Of a stretch of DNA of 64,000 nt, positions 42,281-57,507 are shown one piece after another. The number at the start of each line of letters is the position of its first letter. Within the stretch, counting starts at the first letter, position 1. The notes under the pieces were generated by a model. That model had not been told where the DNA came from, ran no database searches, and saw only the letters and a program-made list of their open reading frames with translations. The position numbers and the translations under genes are program-made. The stretch is from assembly GCA_951406725.2 (NCBI GenBank), contig OX597830.1:46748001-46812000 (forward strand), in the 5' to 3' direction. This DNA is from Octopus vulgaris (taxonomy: Eukaryota).

Positions 42281-42512
42281 CTATTTCTTTATTGCCCACA
42301 GGGGGCCGAACATAGAGGGGACAAACAAGGACAGACAAAGGGATTAAGTCAATTACATCGACCCCAGTGCGTAACTGGTACTTATTTGATCGACCCCGAA
42401 AGGATGAAAGGCAAAGTCGACCACGGCGGAATTTGAACTCAGAACGTAGCGACAGACGAAATACGGCTACACATTTCGCCCGGCGTGCTAACGTTTCTGC
42501 TAGCTCGCCGCC
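42281..42512 (-). mobile_element. SINE family A, full length, inserted in (TCA)n
   Basis: Near-identical to 20263-20491; CAT repeats on both sides. Confidence 0.92.
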
Positions 42513-42539
42513 TTATCATCATCATCGTCATCGTCATCG

Positions 42540-42589
<50 letters not shown>

Positions 42590-43227
42590 TGTGTCAGTGG
42601 CTTATTGTGAAAAAAAACCCAAAGCTAACAAAAAATGTTACTACAAAGTTTAAAAACAATGGTTTTAAGTTCGAATACAGTGTGACGTAGCCTACACATC
42701 CAGGGACTAGGAACATGATGACGATAAGGAGCCACACTGAACAGATTGTAAACTGAAATACTGTGAATATAAAAACTAAATGTTCAGTATAATGAGGGTG
42801 GGGTGGAGAGGGAAGTCAGTCTTAAATCTTTCTGGAATCAATGAAGTGAAGGTACCTTTCGATTGGGTCGTTGGATCAACTGCACCCTTTTCCCAGAAAT
42901 CTCCATGTTCTTGTGTCTATCATAGAAATCATTATTCCTGTTATCGCACTAAATACGCAACACGCTTTCGATTTTTAATTGGATTAAGTTATGAACTTCA
43001 TTAGCTGCAGCTGTTTCTGCTATTAGGTGCAGGCGACTCCTGATTGAACGCCTGACTAACACCTTAAAGCTTCACCGGAGCGTGAAATATGAATTGCAAT
43101 TTTTAATCGTATTTTTTTTTAAATTTAATTTTCTCATTACGGTTCTATACTCGTCTGAAACACTTCTTTCTGAAATATAAGCATATTGAGTTCTACACCA
43201 GGTTATTAGTCTCACATTGCACAGAGG

Positions 43228-43265
<38 letters not shown>

Positions 43266-44127
43266 AGAACAATAACACATATATCTCTGTATCTGTTCTT
43301 TTTGTTGTGTGTGTGTGTGTGTGTGTGTATGTGTAAAATTACAGGCTTCGGAAACGCTCACAGACACGCACACGTAAATATTCTATCGATGCCAGAGGGA
43401 AGATTTGCTCCTAGCGGAATTTGAACCCTGGCATAATCGTAAATCTGAACAGAGATCAATATACCAGCAGGGTGCTACCATAATCCTTTGTAGCATGCTA
43501 TTCAACCATTGATAAACCTTCTGAACAGTTTTCTCCTCTAACTCGTCTCACTTCTTCTTACTTTTCTTTATCATATTCTATCTATCGCCTCGATTCTTTT
43601 AACATTATTCCCTTCTCACTCTCTCTCTCTTTCTTTCTGTACGCACATACAAACGCATACATATGGCATGTACATATATGAATTGACGCACGCAAGCAAA
43701 CATGCATTTATCCATCTATGTACACAGATCTCTTTTGTTCGATCAATTCAGCTGAAGTTAAAATCACATTTTTCCGCCTTTCCATTGTTTTAACGAAACG
43801 CCGTGGGTTTCTTAGTACACGTCTGCTTTACGACAACACTCAGTTCAACTTCTGTTTTCTCCACCATCTTTTCGTTTTCTTTTACCTCTCGTTCTTCATT
43901 TCTTCCTCTTTTCGCATTTTTGCATGCCACTGTCTTGAACGTCGTGCTTACAACATAGATATAGACACAAATAAACAAGTACATACATAGTATGTATGCA
44001 TATATATATATATATATATATACATACACACATACATACATACATACACACACATACAGAGACACAGACACATACATACACACACACACATACACACACA
44101 CACACATATATATATATATGTATAATC

Positions 44128-44326
44128 ATTCGTCATGATAGATCGCTAGCCACTAAACCTTTTCTATTTTCTCTCCCTGTTTATTTCTATGTTCCATTCT
44201 ATCGAAGAGCATAGGATCGAAACGTAAAAGACTTTGTCACTTCCCGAGTGTTAAACTAATACATCTGTTTGTTGATTACACACCCGTCTTAGTCCTTTGT
44301 TTTTTTTTGTAAATTCTCACTATATA
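44128..44326 (+). mobile_element. Penelope-like fragment family P2, degenerate hammerhead-like motif at 44194-44231
   Basis: Reverse complement of 23143-23350 with similar ends; TA/CA repeats flank it. Confidence 0.75.
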
Positions 44327-44388
44327 TATATGCAATCATGCCAGCATACTTGCATATACAAACACACGAAACTACCCACATTTAAGCA

Positions 44389-44430
<42 letters not shown>

Positions 44431-45117
44431 TTCGACCTCGTCATTCTCACTGAAAAACATTGGGTCCATTCGAAGCTAAGGTATAAAAAATGCAAAAAGA
44501 AAAAACAATAAAATAAATCGCTTCCCAGAGTGGGATCGAATCGGGTGCTTTCCGATTGACAAACTAACTTATTGACCACTCTGGTTATGTCTGCATTTCT
44601 AGGTATGTTTGCGTTTCATACAGGCCAGCCAAAAACAGCGACGCAGTTTCAATTTCCAGTTAATGCCGACTGAGTTTACACAAACATCCATGTCAGAAGA
44701 GCAACTCTAACATAATTCTTAAATCATTTTCCCGCTAAAAATATTTGGATTTCTGCCACAAGAAAAAAAAAAAAAAACACAACTTTCCGGTTAATTCTTC
44801 AATTGTGATGGAAATTTTACTTCAGTGGAATAGCCAAAGCAAAAAAGGCGAAACACAAAGCGAAATCCGCACCCCCCCATCACCAAGAATGCAACTATCA
44901 AGCAAGCAAAGAAAATTAAGAAGAGAAACAAAGGAATGAACAGAGTAAATAAAAAACGAATGACTTGTAACATTCTTTTGATCTGAGTGAATAGAAGTTC
45001 TAATTAGGTTGTCTTTGATTTTAATGAGAAAGAAAAATGAAAGCGAAAAAAGATATAATTACAAGAGATACTACGACACAGAGATAAAGATATATGTATG
45101 TAAATGTAACCCCCCCC

Positions 45118-45161
<44 letters not shown>

Positions 45162-45224
45162 TGGAGAGAGGGAAGGAGACACAAATGAGACATTCAGAAG
45201 AAGTATATACACAGACAGGTAGAC

Positions 45225-45263
<39 letters not shown>

Positions 45264-45799
45264 CATACACGCACACTTGTAGTTTCAGTTGCTGAATTGC
45301 GGTCATGCTGAAGCGCCCCCTCTTTCAAGAGTTTTAATCTATCAGACCTGGACGGTATTATATAAACATAAACTTATCGATTTGATACACATCGATCATA
45401 TTTTCATCGATCTGTTTCAAATAGTGAAGTTTCATATACGTAAGATGCGTGTGCCCGCAAAGCACTCTATAAGCCGGTTCTTATTGGTTAAGGCCGAGAG
45501 GACTGCAATACTATAATATAAACAAAAACTATTGAGTCCAAGTCTGTGGTCTTCAAGGGAGACAACTGCTCGAAGCTCGCTAAATCCGGCGGCCATGATT
45601 TGTGCTGGTGAGTGGAAAGCTTTGAGGAAATTGGAAATTATTCAGAAGAAAACTGCTCTGATGCTAACGGTTGGACAATGACGCTGACTTGCGGATGGTG
45701 GATGTCACTAGTTGCTTTAAAATGCATAACTTTTCCGAAGTGAATTTATGAATTTCTCAACTAAAAATAGGAAACCACGCAAACTGCGCATCATCACGT

Positions 45800-46710
45800 A
45801 TATAACTTAAATTATCCTGAAGGACCATAAGATCTTCTCTCCAACATCATACGTAGGTTAATCAAAAAAATTAATTAGAAATCGTTAGCAAATACATCTT
45901 CGGCATTATCAACTTCAAAATGAAAAGCACTACAAGGCTGCAACAATAATATTGTGTCACTGCCATCATCAGTTCCAAAGCATCGAGAATAAATCGCCCA
46001 ATGAATTGATCTAGTTTGACATCATAAACTTCTGTCCATCTATTTCTCAATATCTTACCCTAAAAGTGGATGAAGTGAGTGTTTTCCTGGGTGAAAAAAG
46101 AAGGAGACTCTTTGACAACATCATGGAGGGCTATGATGGAGCTGAAGTGGCTAAATACCGTGAAATTGGTTTTTCCATAAAAAACAGTCAAAGCACCGCA
46201 TTCTGCAGTACCGACGGTTGTACAATCTTCGAAAATGTGAACGGCAAAACTATGGACTGACGTCGGTTATTTCAGAATCTGATTTTAACATAACCATTAA
46301 AATAAACTTAGCGTTAATCAAATTTTAAATTGAAAATTAGATTTAAATTTAGGATAATACCAGTACTTATAGAATATTAACACTTGCATTATGTACACCC
46401 ATTGTATACATCTCTGGAATAATTAGGATGGTCTCTGAACGATCATTCTGCGCTCTAAGACAGTGATGATCTAACTAGATGTAGCTTCAGTGGGAAAATA
46501 GCATTCATAAAAAGCATTCACCCATTCGACTTCAGAGTAAAATCAGGGAGAGGAGAGTAATTTGGTTTAATCCATCTTTGATGAAAACCAGGAAAAGTTC
46601 GGCTTTCGTAAAACAGCACCGACTGACAATACTACACTCTCTCAGGTATTTCTTTATTGCAGTTTTAGCACCGATGATACAGGTACACTTGAAGAATAAG
46701 TTCCTTGTTG
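45800..46710 (+). mobile_element. Decayed Penelope-like element RT (Naiad-type)
   Basis: ILKDHK, RLI, FDIINFCPSIS, WVKK, LFDNIMEGYDGAEV (MGSYDGAEV), TDGCTIFENVNG (RDDG), NITIKINL, RRVIWFNP. Confidence 0.85.
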
Positions 46711-46736
46711 TGCGATTATATAAGCAAATATACATA

Positions 46737-46862
46737 GGCGCAGGTGTGGATGTGTGGCGGGAGATTTGCTTCTCGGATGCGTGTTTCCAGGTTCGGTTCC
46801 ACTGCTTGGCACCTTGGGCTTTGTGAATGGATTTGGTAGACGGAAACTGAAAGAAGCCTATC

Positions 46863-46913
<51 letters not shown>

Positions 46914-46964
46914 CATATATACATATATTTATATATATATATATATATACATATCTATCTATCT

Positions 46965-47062
<98 letters not shown>

Positions 47063-47282
47063 TTCTTTGTGTCTGTGTATGTCCTCAATCCCCGCTTGAC
47101 GACTGGTGTTGGTGTGTTTACGTCCCCGTAACTTAGCGGTTCAGCAAAAAGACAACGATTGAATAATTACAAGGATTGAAAAAAGTAAGTTGTAGGGTCG
47201 ATTGATTCGACTAAAAGTTCTTGAAGGCGGTGCCCCAGCATGGCCACACTGTAATTGACTGAAACAAGTAAAAGATAAAAGA
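46737..47282 (+). mobile_element. SINE family B with ~200-bp internal TA expansion
   Basis: Collinear with the other B copies. Confidence 0.88.
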
Positions 47283-49333
47283 ACATTTTTACTGCCCGTA
47301 TTAATTAGTATTAATTAGTTGACATGAGACGAACATTTTTGAATATGTGAACCCAGAAAGAATTATCCCCGATTGAAGATAAGCGCTGAAAAGAATTCGG
47401 TAGAATTGATAAAACGCCAAAACTTTTTTCTTTTGAATGATCCAATCAAAGACTTTTAATGCAGCAACTTTGGTAAAAAAAACAAAACATTCTGACTTTT
47501 TAGAAGAGAAAGGAAAATGGGAAGAAAATATATTCATTCATATAGAAACATATGCATGTGTATATTCATATTCATACATACACCTATATATACATAACAA
47601 CAAGGGAAGTGTGTGTGTGTGTATGTGTGTATGTGTGTGTGTGTGTATATACATACGTATTTATATGCATATAAACATTAAATTTTATATTGATAGATTC
47701 ACTGAGGTATAGACTGTCAGTGATTTAGTAAAAGGTTCTAATTATCAAACGAAATACTGTAACATTTGAACACAAAAGCTTTTATTTGGTGCTTCTTTAT
47801 TTTTGTTTTTATATATGATCTATATATGGTAATCAATGAAAGAGATTGTGAGCGGGAGGGATGTAAATATAGGAATCGAAGATTACAAGTGCTAGCACTT
47901 AACGCATTGATTGCTGTAACGTCTGCCAGAAAAGAGAAATGGAAATGAGATTTGAAAACCTCAAAACATTTCTTAATGATGTAAAGCAAAAACCATTAAG
48001 AATATGGAGAAAATCAACAACTACAACAACAACAACAACAACAACAGCTACAGCAACAACGACAACATCAACAACAGCAACAACAACAACAACAACAACG
48101 GTTCAGTGCTAATCATATATTCATAAACACGGTCCCCTAAATCCGTAAAGCCATTTCACTCTGTATGTGAAATGTGTTACAAAGAAGGTTGATCAAATAT
48201 TTCTGTAATATTTTCTTTTAGGTGACATTATGTCGATTATTATTGCTGTTAGTAATAGTTTAAAGAATTTTCTTGGATATATTTATTGCACTAACAAGAA
48301 TTTCTTCTTTTTCAGGAATAACTTTGGCAAGACAATATGTCTGAAATCGTTTACTGGAACATAGAATATCATTTTGGTAGAGGCAGCTTATTTAATCATT
48401 TCATCACATGGACTGCTATTATTTCCAAATTTATTATTAAATAAAATAGCACATCAAAGTATTTAACGGAATATATTTTTGACCCGCTCAATGATATTCT
48501 CTCTCATTATGTTAATTCTAAAAGAACATTTCTTTTCCTCCTTGAATAAAGTTTTAAATTCTAAACAAATAAGCTGTTTCTAGCAAAGATAAAATTTGGG
48601 TTTCTTCATATCCATGCATTACTTTTCCTCCTCCAACGGGCTGATTATTTGAAAAATACTTTCATATGGACATTCAGTTTCAATTTTTCTGTCGAATATT
48701 CCAGAAACAATTATAATTCACTTTGTAAAAATGAAAATAAAAACTCTTTTCAAATTTGAACTTGGTTTGATTTGTGCCAAACACGAAACTTTCGGCCCTT
48801 GAGTTAATTTTGTAACTTCCTTCCCCTTAAAAATAGTAAAAAAAAGTATACACCCCAGAGAGTATATAGCAATTTATTCCTTTCTGTTTCTTATATACAC
48901 GAGTATACGCATGCGTGTATACATGTATGTTTCTATGTAAACTTAGATATACTTCGGCAAAATACGAAATATGCATCGAGATTCAGTTTTAATAAGCATC
49001 TTTCCACATACGAAGTTATGCATGAATGAACACGGAAAGGAATTACATAAATGCGTATATGAAAAGAAATACAATTACATATTCCCCACCTTCCACATAT
49101 ATACATATACATACATATATGTACACACACATAGACACACACACAGATACACATATATAGTTCTATGATATATATATGTATATATATCTCATGGAGATTT
49201 CCTCTCCAAATACAAACTATGCAATGCAAGATATAAATTAAATTCAACAACAAATCCCGACTCTAATAAAAATCTTCCGCTTTTATGAGAGGCGGCATGA
49301 AAGAGGCTCATGCCTGCTGTTAGAGGAACTCTA

Positions 49334-49396
<63 letters not shown>

Positions 49397-49397
49397 A

Positions 49398-49433
<36 letters not shown>

Positions 49434-49443
49434 TGTATGTATG

Positions 49444-49549
<106 letters not shown>

Positions 49550-49552
49550 CAT

Positions 49553-50050
49553 AAATTGAGCCACTGGGAGTGATCGAAAGAATTACCACTCTTTCCCCTG
49601 GCTCTAAGATGAGAGAGATATCTAGTGATATACATATGGAAGATCGCAGAGGAGCTGGCACCAAATGCCTACATTGAGAATTATATCAGCCCTCGAAGAT
49701 GACACCATAGTTCTGTTCCAAAGGTCCCACCCATCCCGTCTACAGTAAGGACCAGTTACTGCAGTAACTTGAGCTTCAAAGTCCCACAGCTATTTAACAA
49801 TTTGCTAAAAAGCCTGAGAGATCTACGGGCAGCGGCAGCAGATGTTTTCAACAGACACCTTTACTTTCTGACATCGAAGATCTCAGATGAAGCTACATCG
49901 CGACAAAACACTCAAACGATAGCAGCAATACCAAAGTCCCTCATTGACCACAGTGAACAAATGAGGGATGGCCTTTCAATAAGTGCTGAGAATGGTAGTG
50001 TTCTAGCATGGCCACAGCCTTATGCCGAAAAGCATAAAATAATAGAAGAT
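49553..50050 (+). mobile_element. CR1-clade LINE 3' end, decayed
   Basis: [45 protein letters not shown]. Confidence 0.8.
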
Positions 50051-50441
50051 AGACCTAAACCAATTTTTTTTTTGCATATATAAACTCTTGATATTCGTAT
50101 ATGTATGTATATGTGTGTGTGTGTGTGTATATATGTATTTATGTGAATGTATGCATGTATATATGTGAATGTATGTATGTATGTAGGTATGTATGTATGT
50201 ATGTATGTGTGTATGTTTGTATGCATGTGTGTGAATGTATGTATGTATGTATATGTGTATGTATGTAAGTATGTGTGTATGTGTGTATGTGTGTATGTAT
50301 GTGTGTGTATGTATGTTTGTATGTATGTATGTATGTGTGTGTATATGTATGTATTTGAATATAAATATATACACATTATATATACATATAAGTGCATGTA
50401 TATATATATACACACATACACATATATATGTACGCATTATA

Positions 50442-50495
<54 letters not shown>

Positions 50496-50756
50496 TACGT
50501 ATGCATTTATATTGTAAAGTTAAATAATGTTCGAGATGAAATTATCCAGGTTTCATGACTCAAGCCTCATGCCGGATGAAAGCAACCAACGGATAAAGTG
50601 GCCATCGACCGACTTTAAACACGACTAACGAATCTAAAAAAAAAAAGATTTCTATATTAACCATAATAAAAGAGAGATAAGGCTTTATTGCTGTTATGTT
50701 TGTTTTTATTTATAATTCGTTAAATATCCCTGGAACTTTCATCTATATGAATGTAC

Positions 50757-50796
<40 letters not shown>

Positions 50797-51233
50797 ACAC
50801 GCACACACACACACAAAAATAAGCAGACGCAGAAGACACATACACATACACACACGCATGTATGCGTACACATACTCACAAACACACGAACTCACAAACA
50901 CACGAACTCACAAACGTATGCATTTTCTCTTCTCTAACGTAACAATAGGTATGTTTGATGTAGAACTTTCAAAGCTCTCTTCTTCTATCTATTTACAGCC
51001 AGTTGAATAAAGTCAATAACTAAACAACATCGAAATAAAATGCAAGTATAATTAAGCAGAATAGAAAATTTCGTTTCCCATTTGATTGCATTTTATTAAA
51101 AATGGCTGGTAAACCAAGAAATATAATGTGTATTGCTGAAAAAAAATATTCTTATTGGTTTCATAATTGGATAGATCAGTTTGTGCGCGCGCGCCTACGT
51201 ATGAATATAAATATAAATATAAATATAAATATA

Positions 51234-51314
<81 letters not shown>

Positions 51315-51523
51315 ACGGGAAGCTTTATGAAAATAGACAAAAGACGAAGGCATATATATCTATGCATGCATACATGCATACATACGTACACACACACACG
51401 CACACACACATATGTATTGAGAGGGAAAGTGAGATAGAAATAAGATGCAGGGACAAAAGTATAAAATGAGGGAGAGAGAAATATATAAAGAAGACTGAAA
51501 TAGCAAGATATATTGAAGAACAA

Positions 51524-51584
<61 letters not shown>

Positions 51585-51975
51585 GCGAGAGAGGGTAAGT
51601 GACAGAAAGATAGAGACAGGGTGACAGATAGAGGGAATGAAGGAGAGATTAACTGATAAAAATACAAAAGACATGCCTTATTCTAAAATCTTCATTTTAT
51701 TGCCACAGTTTTTTTTTTCTTTTTAACTTTCGGTTTTACTATCTTTTCTCCTTTTATAATTTTCTTTGAAACGAGCTATATTGGGAAATATAATAGTGAA
51801 AGAGAACTCTACTGATTCTCGAAGAAAATCAGCTTACTACTATGACTGCTACCGCTATTGTCTAGGCCTCCATAACATATACACACCCGAGGCATTTTGT
51901 GAAGTAGAAATAAATTCTTAAAACTGTTATAGTATCAGTCTACCTTTTATGTATATATATATCTCCCCTTCATTC

Positions 51976-52045
<70 letters not shown>

Positions 52046-52081
52046 GATCGATCGATCTATCGATCTATGTATCTGCCTGCC

Positions 52082-52188
<107 letters not shown>

Positions 52189-52211
52189 ATATATATATAT
52201 ATATATATATA

Positions 52212-52263
<52 letters not shown>

Positions 52264-52318
52264 CCTGTCTGTCTGTTTGTCTGTCTATCTATCTGTGTGT
52301 GTGTGTGTGTGTGTGTGT

Positions 52319-52530
52319 GCGAGCTGGCAGAATCGTTAGCGCGCCGGTGAAAATGCTTAGCGACATTTCGCCCGTCGCTACGTTCTGAGTTCAAGTTTCG
52401 CCGAGGTCGACTTTGCCTTTCATCCTATAGGGATCGATAAAATTAGTACCAGTTGATCACCGGCGTCGATGTAATCAACTTACCCGTCACTCCCGCGAAC
52501 TCGCTGGCCTCGTGCCTACAGCAGAAACGA
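52319..52530 (+). mobile_element. SINE-A variant
   Basis: gcgagctggcagaatcgttag..gttcaagtttcgcc..gcctttcatcc. Confidence 0.85.
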
Positions 52531-52649
52531 TTTTAGGAATCCTTTCGGGGCGATAAAAGTAAAGAACCAGTCGAGTTCTGGGATCAATGAAGCCAACTCA
52601 ATCCCTTAAAAATTAATTGTCTTCAGCCAAAATTAAAACAATTATTGTT

Positions 52650-52699
<50 letters not shown>

Positions 52700-52724
52700 T
52701 GTCATTATTCATTATTATTATTAT

Positions 52725-53791
52725 TGTCTTTGCATAGCTTCTAACGCTGGAGATGTACTACAGTGTCAGCTGTTCACTACCAGTGAACTAAGGGAACACC
52801 TCTTATTTTTCGAGTACCTTCCGGAGTATTCGAGCAGTTCCAAGCAGCGCTGTTTTCTGCAAGTGCTCCACCCTTATTGCAGCCCCTATTTGTTCCACGT
52901 ACTTCTCGAGATTTTTGCTCACTGTTCCCAGGGCTCCGACAATTATTGGTACTACTGCTACCTTTTTCATCGACCGCAACTGCTTAACTTCCCAAGCTAA
53001 CCTGTCATATCTCTCAACTTTTCTCTCTTCCTTATCGCATACCTTGTTGTCAGCTGGGCATGCTATTCTTTCTCATTTAAGACTATGATTGGCTTCCTAT
53101 TCTCTATCTCATGGTCATAAAGCCCCTCATGATCTTTGCATTATCATTTTCGATGATACCTTCGAGTTTGTGGTCTGACCAATTTTTTGCTCTGTCAAGC
53201 CCATACTTGTTGCAATGTGTCCAATGGACAATCCTTGCTATACTATCATGACGTCTCTTATATTCCATCTGAACTAGTGGCGTACATTTGTTGGTAATAT
53301 GCCATACGGTTTCACCGTTTTGTCCACAAATTCTACACTTATCACTTTCTGATTTGCTGTCTATTCTGTATTTTATGTAGTTTGTTCTTAGTGCTTGCTC
53401 TTGGGCAGCACAGATTAGAGCCCCCGTTTCCGGTTATAAATCACTTTTAGTCATCCACAGACATATTTTTCTCTGTCTCTCTTATCTTTAACATCCCTAT
53501 GAAATTGTTCATGCATTCTTTTCGTTACCCACCTGTTTTCAGTTTCATTCGTTTTCAATTGCTTGTACAGTGCTTTATCTTTGCAATCTTTCATCCTACA
53601 CAAGCCTGACCTTCTTATTTCCAATAATAGCGGTTCTGTGCTATTTTTTATATACCATACTATGTTGTTTTCTTCTGCTGTAATGCTGTGTTCTCAACCA
53701 ATCAGTCCTCTCCCTCCTCTTTTTCTTGGTACATACAGTCTGTGTGTGTCACTTTTTTGGGTGGAATGTTCCATATCTAGTTAGCAATTTC
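52725..53791 (-). mobile_element. 5'-truncated Dong/R4 LINE (CCHC plus restriction-like endonuclease) inserted in a TAA microsatellite
   Basis: ETGALICAAQEQALRTNY..CRICGQNGETVWHITNKC..YKRRHD..IACPAD..VPIIVGALGTV..LQKTALLGTARILRKVLEK*; ATT repeats at both ends. Confidence 0.93.
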
Positions 53792-53792
53792 C

Positions 53793-53934
<142 letters not shown>

Positions 53935-54099
53935 CGTTGTTGTTATTGTTTTTTTTTAAAATAACAATGTATCACTGGGATTCAGTAGTGTCACATTCTT
54001 GCCACAATAATATGAATTCCCCATTCATTTCACTGGAATCAGGACTGGTCGGGGAAAATCGGCCTATTTTTCATCGTGAGCGAGAGGTAACAACTGATA

Positions 54100-54505
54100 C
54101 CAGCCAACCAACCACCCAACCACCCACCTAACCATCCACCCACCCACCCAACCAACAAACCAACCAGTCAGCCACCCAAACAACCAACCAACCACCCAAC
54201 CAAATAACCACCTCCACCCCCCCCACCCACCCAACCAATCAACCACCCACCCACCCATCCACCCACCCACCCAACCAACCAACCAACCAACCAACCAACC
54301 AACAAGCCAACCAACCAACCGACCAACCAACCAACCAACCAACCAACCAACCAACCAACCAACCAACCAACCAACCAACCAACCAACCAACCAACCAACC
54401 AACCAACCAAACCAACCAACCAACTAAGCAACCAACCAACCAACCAACCAACCAACCAACCAACCAACCAACCAACCGACCAGCCACCCAACCAACCGAC
54501 CAGCC
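54100..54505. repeat. (CCAA/CCCA)n microsatellite
   Basis: Directly visible. Confidence 0.95.
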
Positions 54506-54539
54506 AACCGTTATGCCACTGAAGCAAGACGGAAACAAA

Positions 54540-55650
54540 GTATGGTCTATGACTCAGTGTAATGCTACATCCTTAGCAAGATCAAATATCCACAGCCAAC
54601 TTCTTAAGAAGAAAATATGTCAGCAGTCTAGTTTTAATGTCTTCGACATTTGGCAAATGTCACTTCGTAAAGAATTACAATGTTTTAATTAGCTTTTATG
54701 TCAGGTGAAATGAGAGGTGCGGGCATAAATACTTAAAAAGCTCAATAAATCTCATCATCGTCGTCTCGTTACTTCAGCAGCTGGATTAGTCATTAGTCAT
54801 TAGTCATTATCAGTCAGCTATGCCTCGAACGCTAACACTGTGTTGGTACGTCTTTAGATAAAATATGTTTAACATTCAACCAACTGCGCAGTCCATCCAA
54901 ATGTATAATAGGTACAATAGGGAGGTTTAATTCAAAGCTGCAGATGGTTACAGGCCATTTGATAATAGGATTTTCTTTTCGGCTGTGCAGAATGTCAGTT
55001 TTCTTTTGAATAGGTGACGATATAGAGCAGGAGATTAGGGAGGGGTTCAATCCCAGCGGAATGATAAGCGAAGTCGATTTGACAGAAGAAAAGGCGAACG
55101 TGGCAGAGGTAGGTTTTTTAAGCTCAGGACGCAAGAAGGACAGAATAAAATACTTGCTTCTACTATAAGCACAAGGCCTGAAGTTTTGGCAAGGATATTG
55201 ACCAACTAATGGAAGATTTCGTTGTTCGCATCCTACTAAAAGTACTGCTCTGTTGTATTTATCAGATAAAGTTCTCCTCGCAGCGGCCATTGTCCACATC
55301 GCTTTCAGTACAATTGTACTCAGTGCTGTTCTATTGTAGGTTTGGACTTGTTCTACTTTGAATTAACAAGATGGCAGCCGATCTATTATTGATAAATTTA
55401 CAGGGATAAAGTACTACAACCATATGACAAATGCCAAATTTATTCGACAAAGAGATGATCATTCTCTATGTTCTTTTTTGTTCCGAAATTATGACAAATG
55501 GTAGATGTTGGAATTCTATGGCCAGACGTCTGTTGGCATGGTACCTAAATTCTTTGTGTTTTTATATTAAGCAATCTCCGTAAATGTTTCTGAATAACAG
55601 TAACTAGAGCTTGGCGAGATTAGCTGCCAATTTGGAGCCAATTCTTGCTG
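54540..55650 (+). mobile_element. Highly decayed RTE LINE RT region
   Basis: GDDI, IKYL, RPEVLARI, STIVLSAVL, TGIKYYNHMTNA in RTE order. Confidence 0.6.
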
Positions 55651-56084
55651 TTAGGCATCGATCTAATAATCTCTCAAATATTGCCAAACCACGTAGCATA
55701 GTGACATATGTTGTCTTAAAACACAATTAATAAACGGTTACACACACACACACACACACACACACAAGCACACATGTCCTCCTGTATCAGTGTGACTGTA
55801 ATTCTGTCTATATCTTATGCTTCCCTATTATCCTACCAAATATTTTCCTTCCGCCTTCCGCTTCTCCCTCTCCCCCCACCACATATCTATTATATTATAC
55901 AAGATTATATTACATTATTACTCGTACACGTCCAGTTCTATTACGAACGGAATAAATAATATTCTATTCCACCGAAACAGAAATAAATTAAAAAGGAAAT
56001 AAAAGAATTACACAAAAATGGAAATAAAATACGCATGGCTTTTTACGTTTTACCTGTGTATATATTTGTATACAACATTCTATA

Positions 56085-56300
56085 TATATAGTAAATCCAA
56101 AAAAGAAGAACACATGCAAAAAGACACAACAACGCGAGGACGTGGTCCATGTGAAGTATTAGCAGGAACTCAGGGAAGGCAAGAAATATGGTTTAACGTT
56201 TCGAGCAAACGCTCTTCTTCGGAAACAGAGAAAAGGCCAATAGAAAGGAAGACAGAGGAGGAAAATCGCCAACGGTTCACATGTGGTTACATTTTGAAAG
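56085..56300 (-). mobile_element. Penelope-like fragment with hammerhead-like motif at 56191-56226
   Basis: GUUU-CCGAAGA-A-GAGC guuu GCUC-GAAA-C-GUU-AAAC on the minus strand. Confidence 0.6.
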
Positions 56301-56900
56301 AAGACGTATCTATCGAAGAAGTGAGCTTTTCCCTCATCGATCGATAGTTAAATCATACTATTGTATTTGTGAACGTCTTGAGCTCCGGTACCCCAATGCG
56401 TTTCAGTCTACGCAAGGAATGGATCAACACAGAACTATAGGGAAGGAGACATGCTCAAGACAGCGGGTTCGAATGCGTGATCCCATGATTACGAAACAAA
56501 CATCTCTCTACCATTCCCCACCATCGCCAAACACGCATACACGAACTCTTTCACACATGCGCACACCCGTTCACTTCTTGGAAGCTGAGGTATATTTGTG
56601 TCTCCGGCATCGCGTCCATCAAGGCGAAACGTGACGATAACGAGTAACTGAAACGAGAGGGAAAAGAAAAGCTTCGTATACGAATAAACAAACAAAACAA
56701 CATCTAATGAGCATTTCTTTGTTTAGTTTGCACTCCACTAGACATCCCATGTCGAGTAGACAAGATTATATATACCCGATTATAGACGCCAGCGTATTGA
56801 GAGTGACCGTTGCACACATCCACAGATAGAGATCTCTCAGAGCGCGTGCGCACACGCACACACGCACACACACACACACATATATGTATATATATATATA

Positions 56901-56946
<46 letters not shown>

Positions 56947-57002
56947 TATGTGTATGTGTGTGTATACATACATGTATGTATCTATGTATGTGGGTGTATA
57001 CA

Positions 57003-57217
57003 TGTTTGTGTCTGTGTTTTTCCCCCCCCCCAACATCGCTTGACAATCGAAACCGGTGTGTTTACGTCCCCGTAACTTAGCGGTTTAGCAAAAGAGAACG
57101 ATTGAATAAGTACTAGGCTTACAAAGAATAAACCCCGGGGTAGATTTGCTCGACTTAAGGTGGTGCTCCAGCATGGCCACAGTCAAATGACTGAAATAAG
57201 TAAAAGAATAAAAGAAT
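57003..57217 (+). mobile_element. SINE-B 3' half (similar half-copy at ~35150-35370)
   Basis: Starts at the internal microsatellite; tail gactgaaataagtaaaagaataaaag. Confidence 0.88.
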
Positions 57218-57445
57218 AATACAACAGACGAAATTTACATAACATATCCCAATCAATATTAATATATATTCTAATTAATTAATTAATTATTTTATTAAAT
57301 AATAGTAGTGCACAACACAGCGTTGCAATTTTGAGCATACGGATAATATGATCTCATATAATGGGGTTACGTGGGCAGAAGTGGATCTGACCCGTCACTT
57401 GTTCAGTTAGACCACCACTAGAATGAGATAACCCATATTCTACCC

Positions 57446-57507
<62 letters not shown>

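Noticed and set aside
44520-44595. tRNA gene on the minus strand
   Set aside because: A/B-box-like motifs are present but stems pair poorly; better explained as a decayed SINE head.
48300-48380. Strong plus-strand splice acceptor (tttcttctttttcag)
   Set aside because: All three downstream frames hit stops within about 50 nt.
54832-55299. 155-aa minus-strand ORF
   Set aside because: Antisense to a decayed RTE reverse transcriptase on the plus strand.
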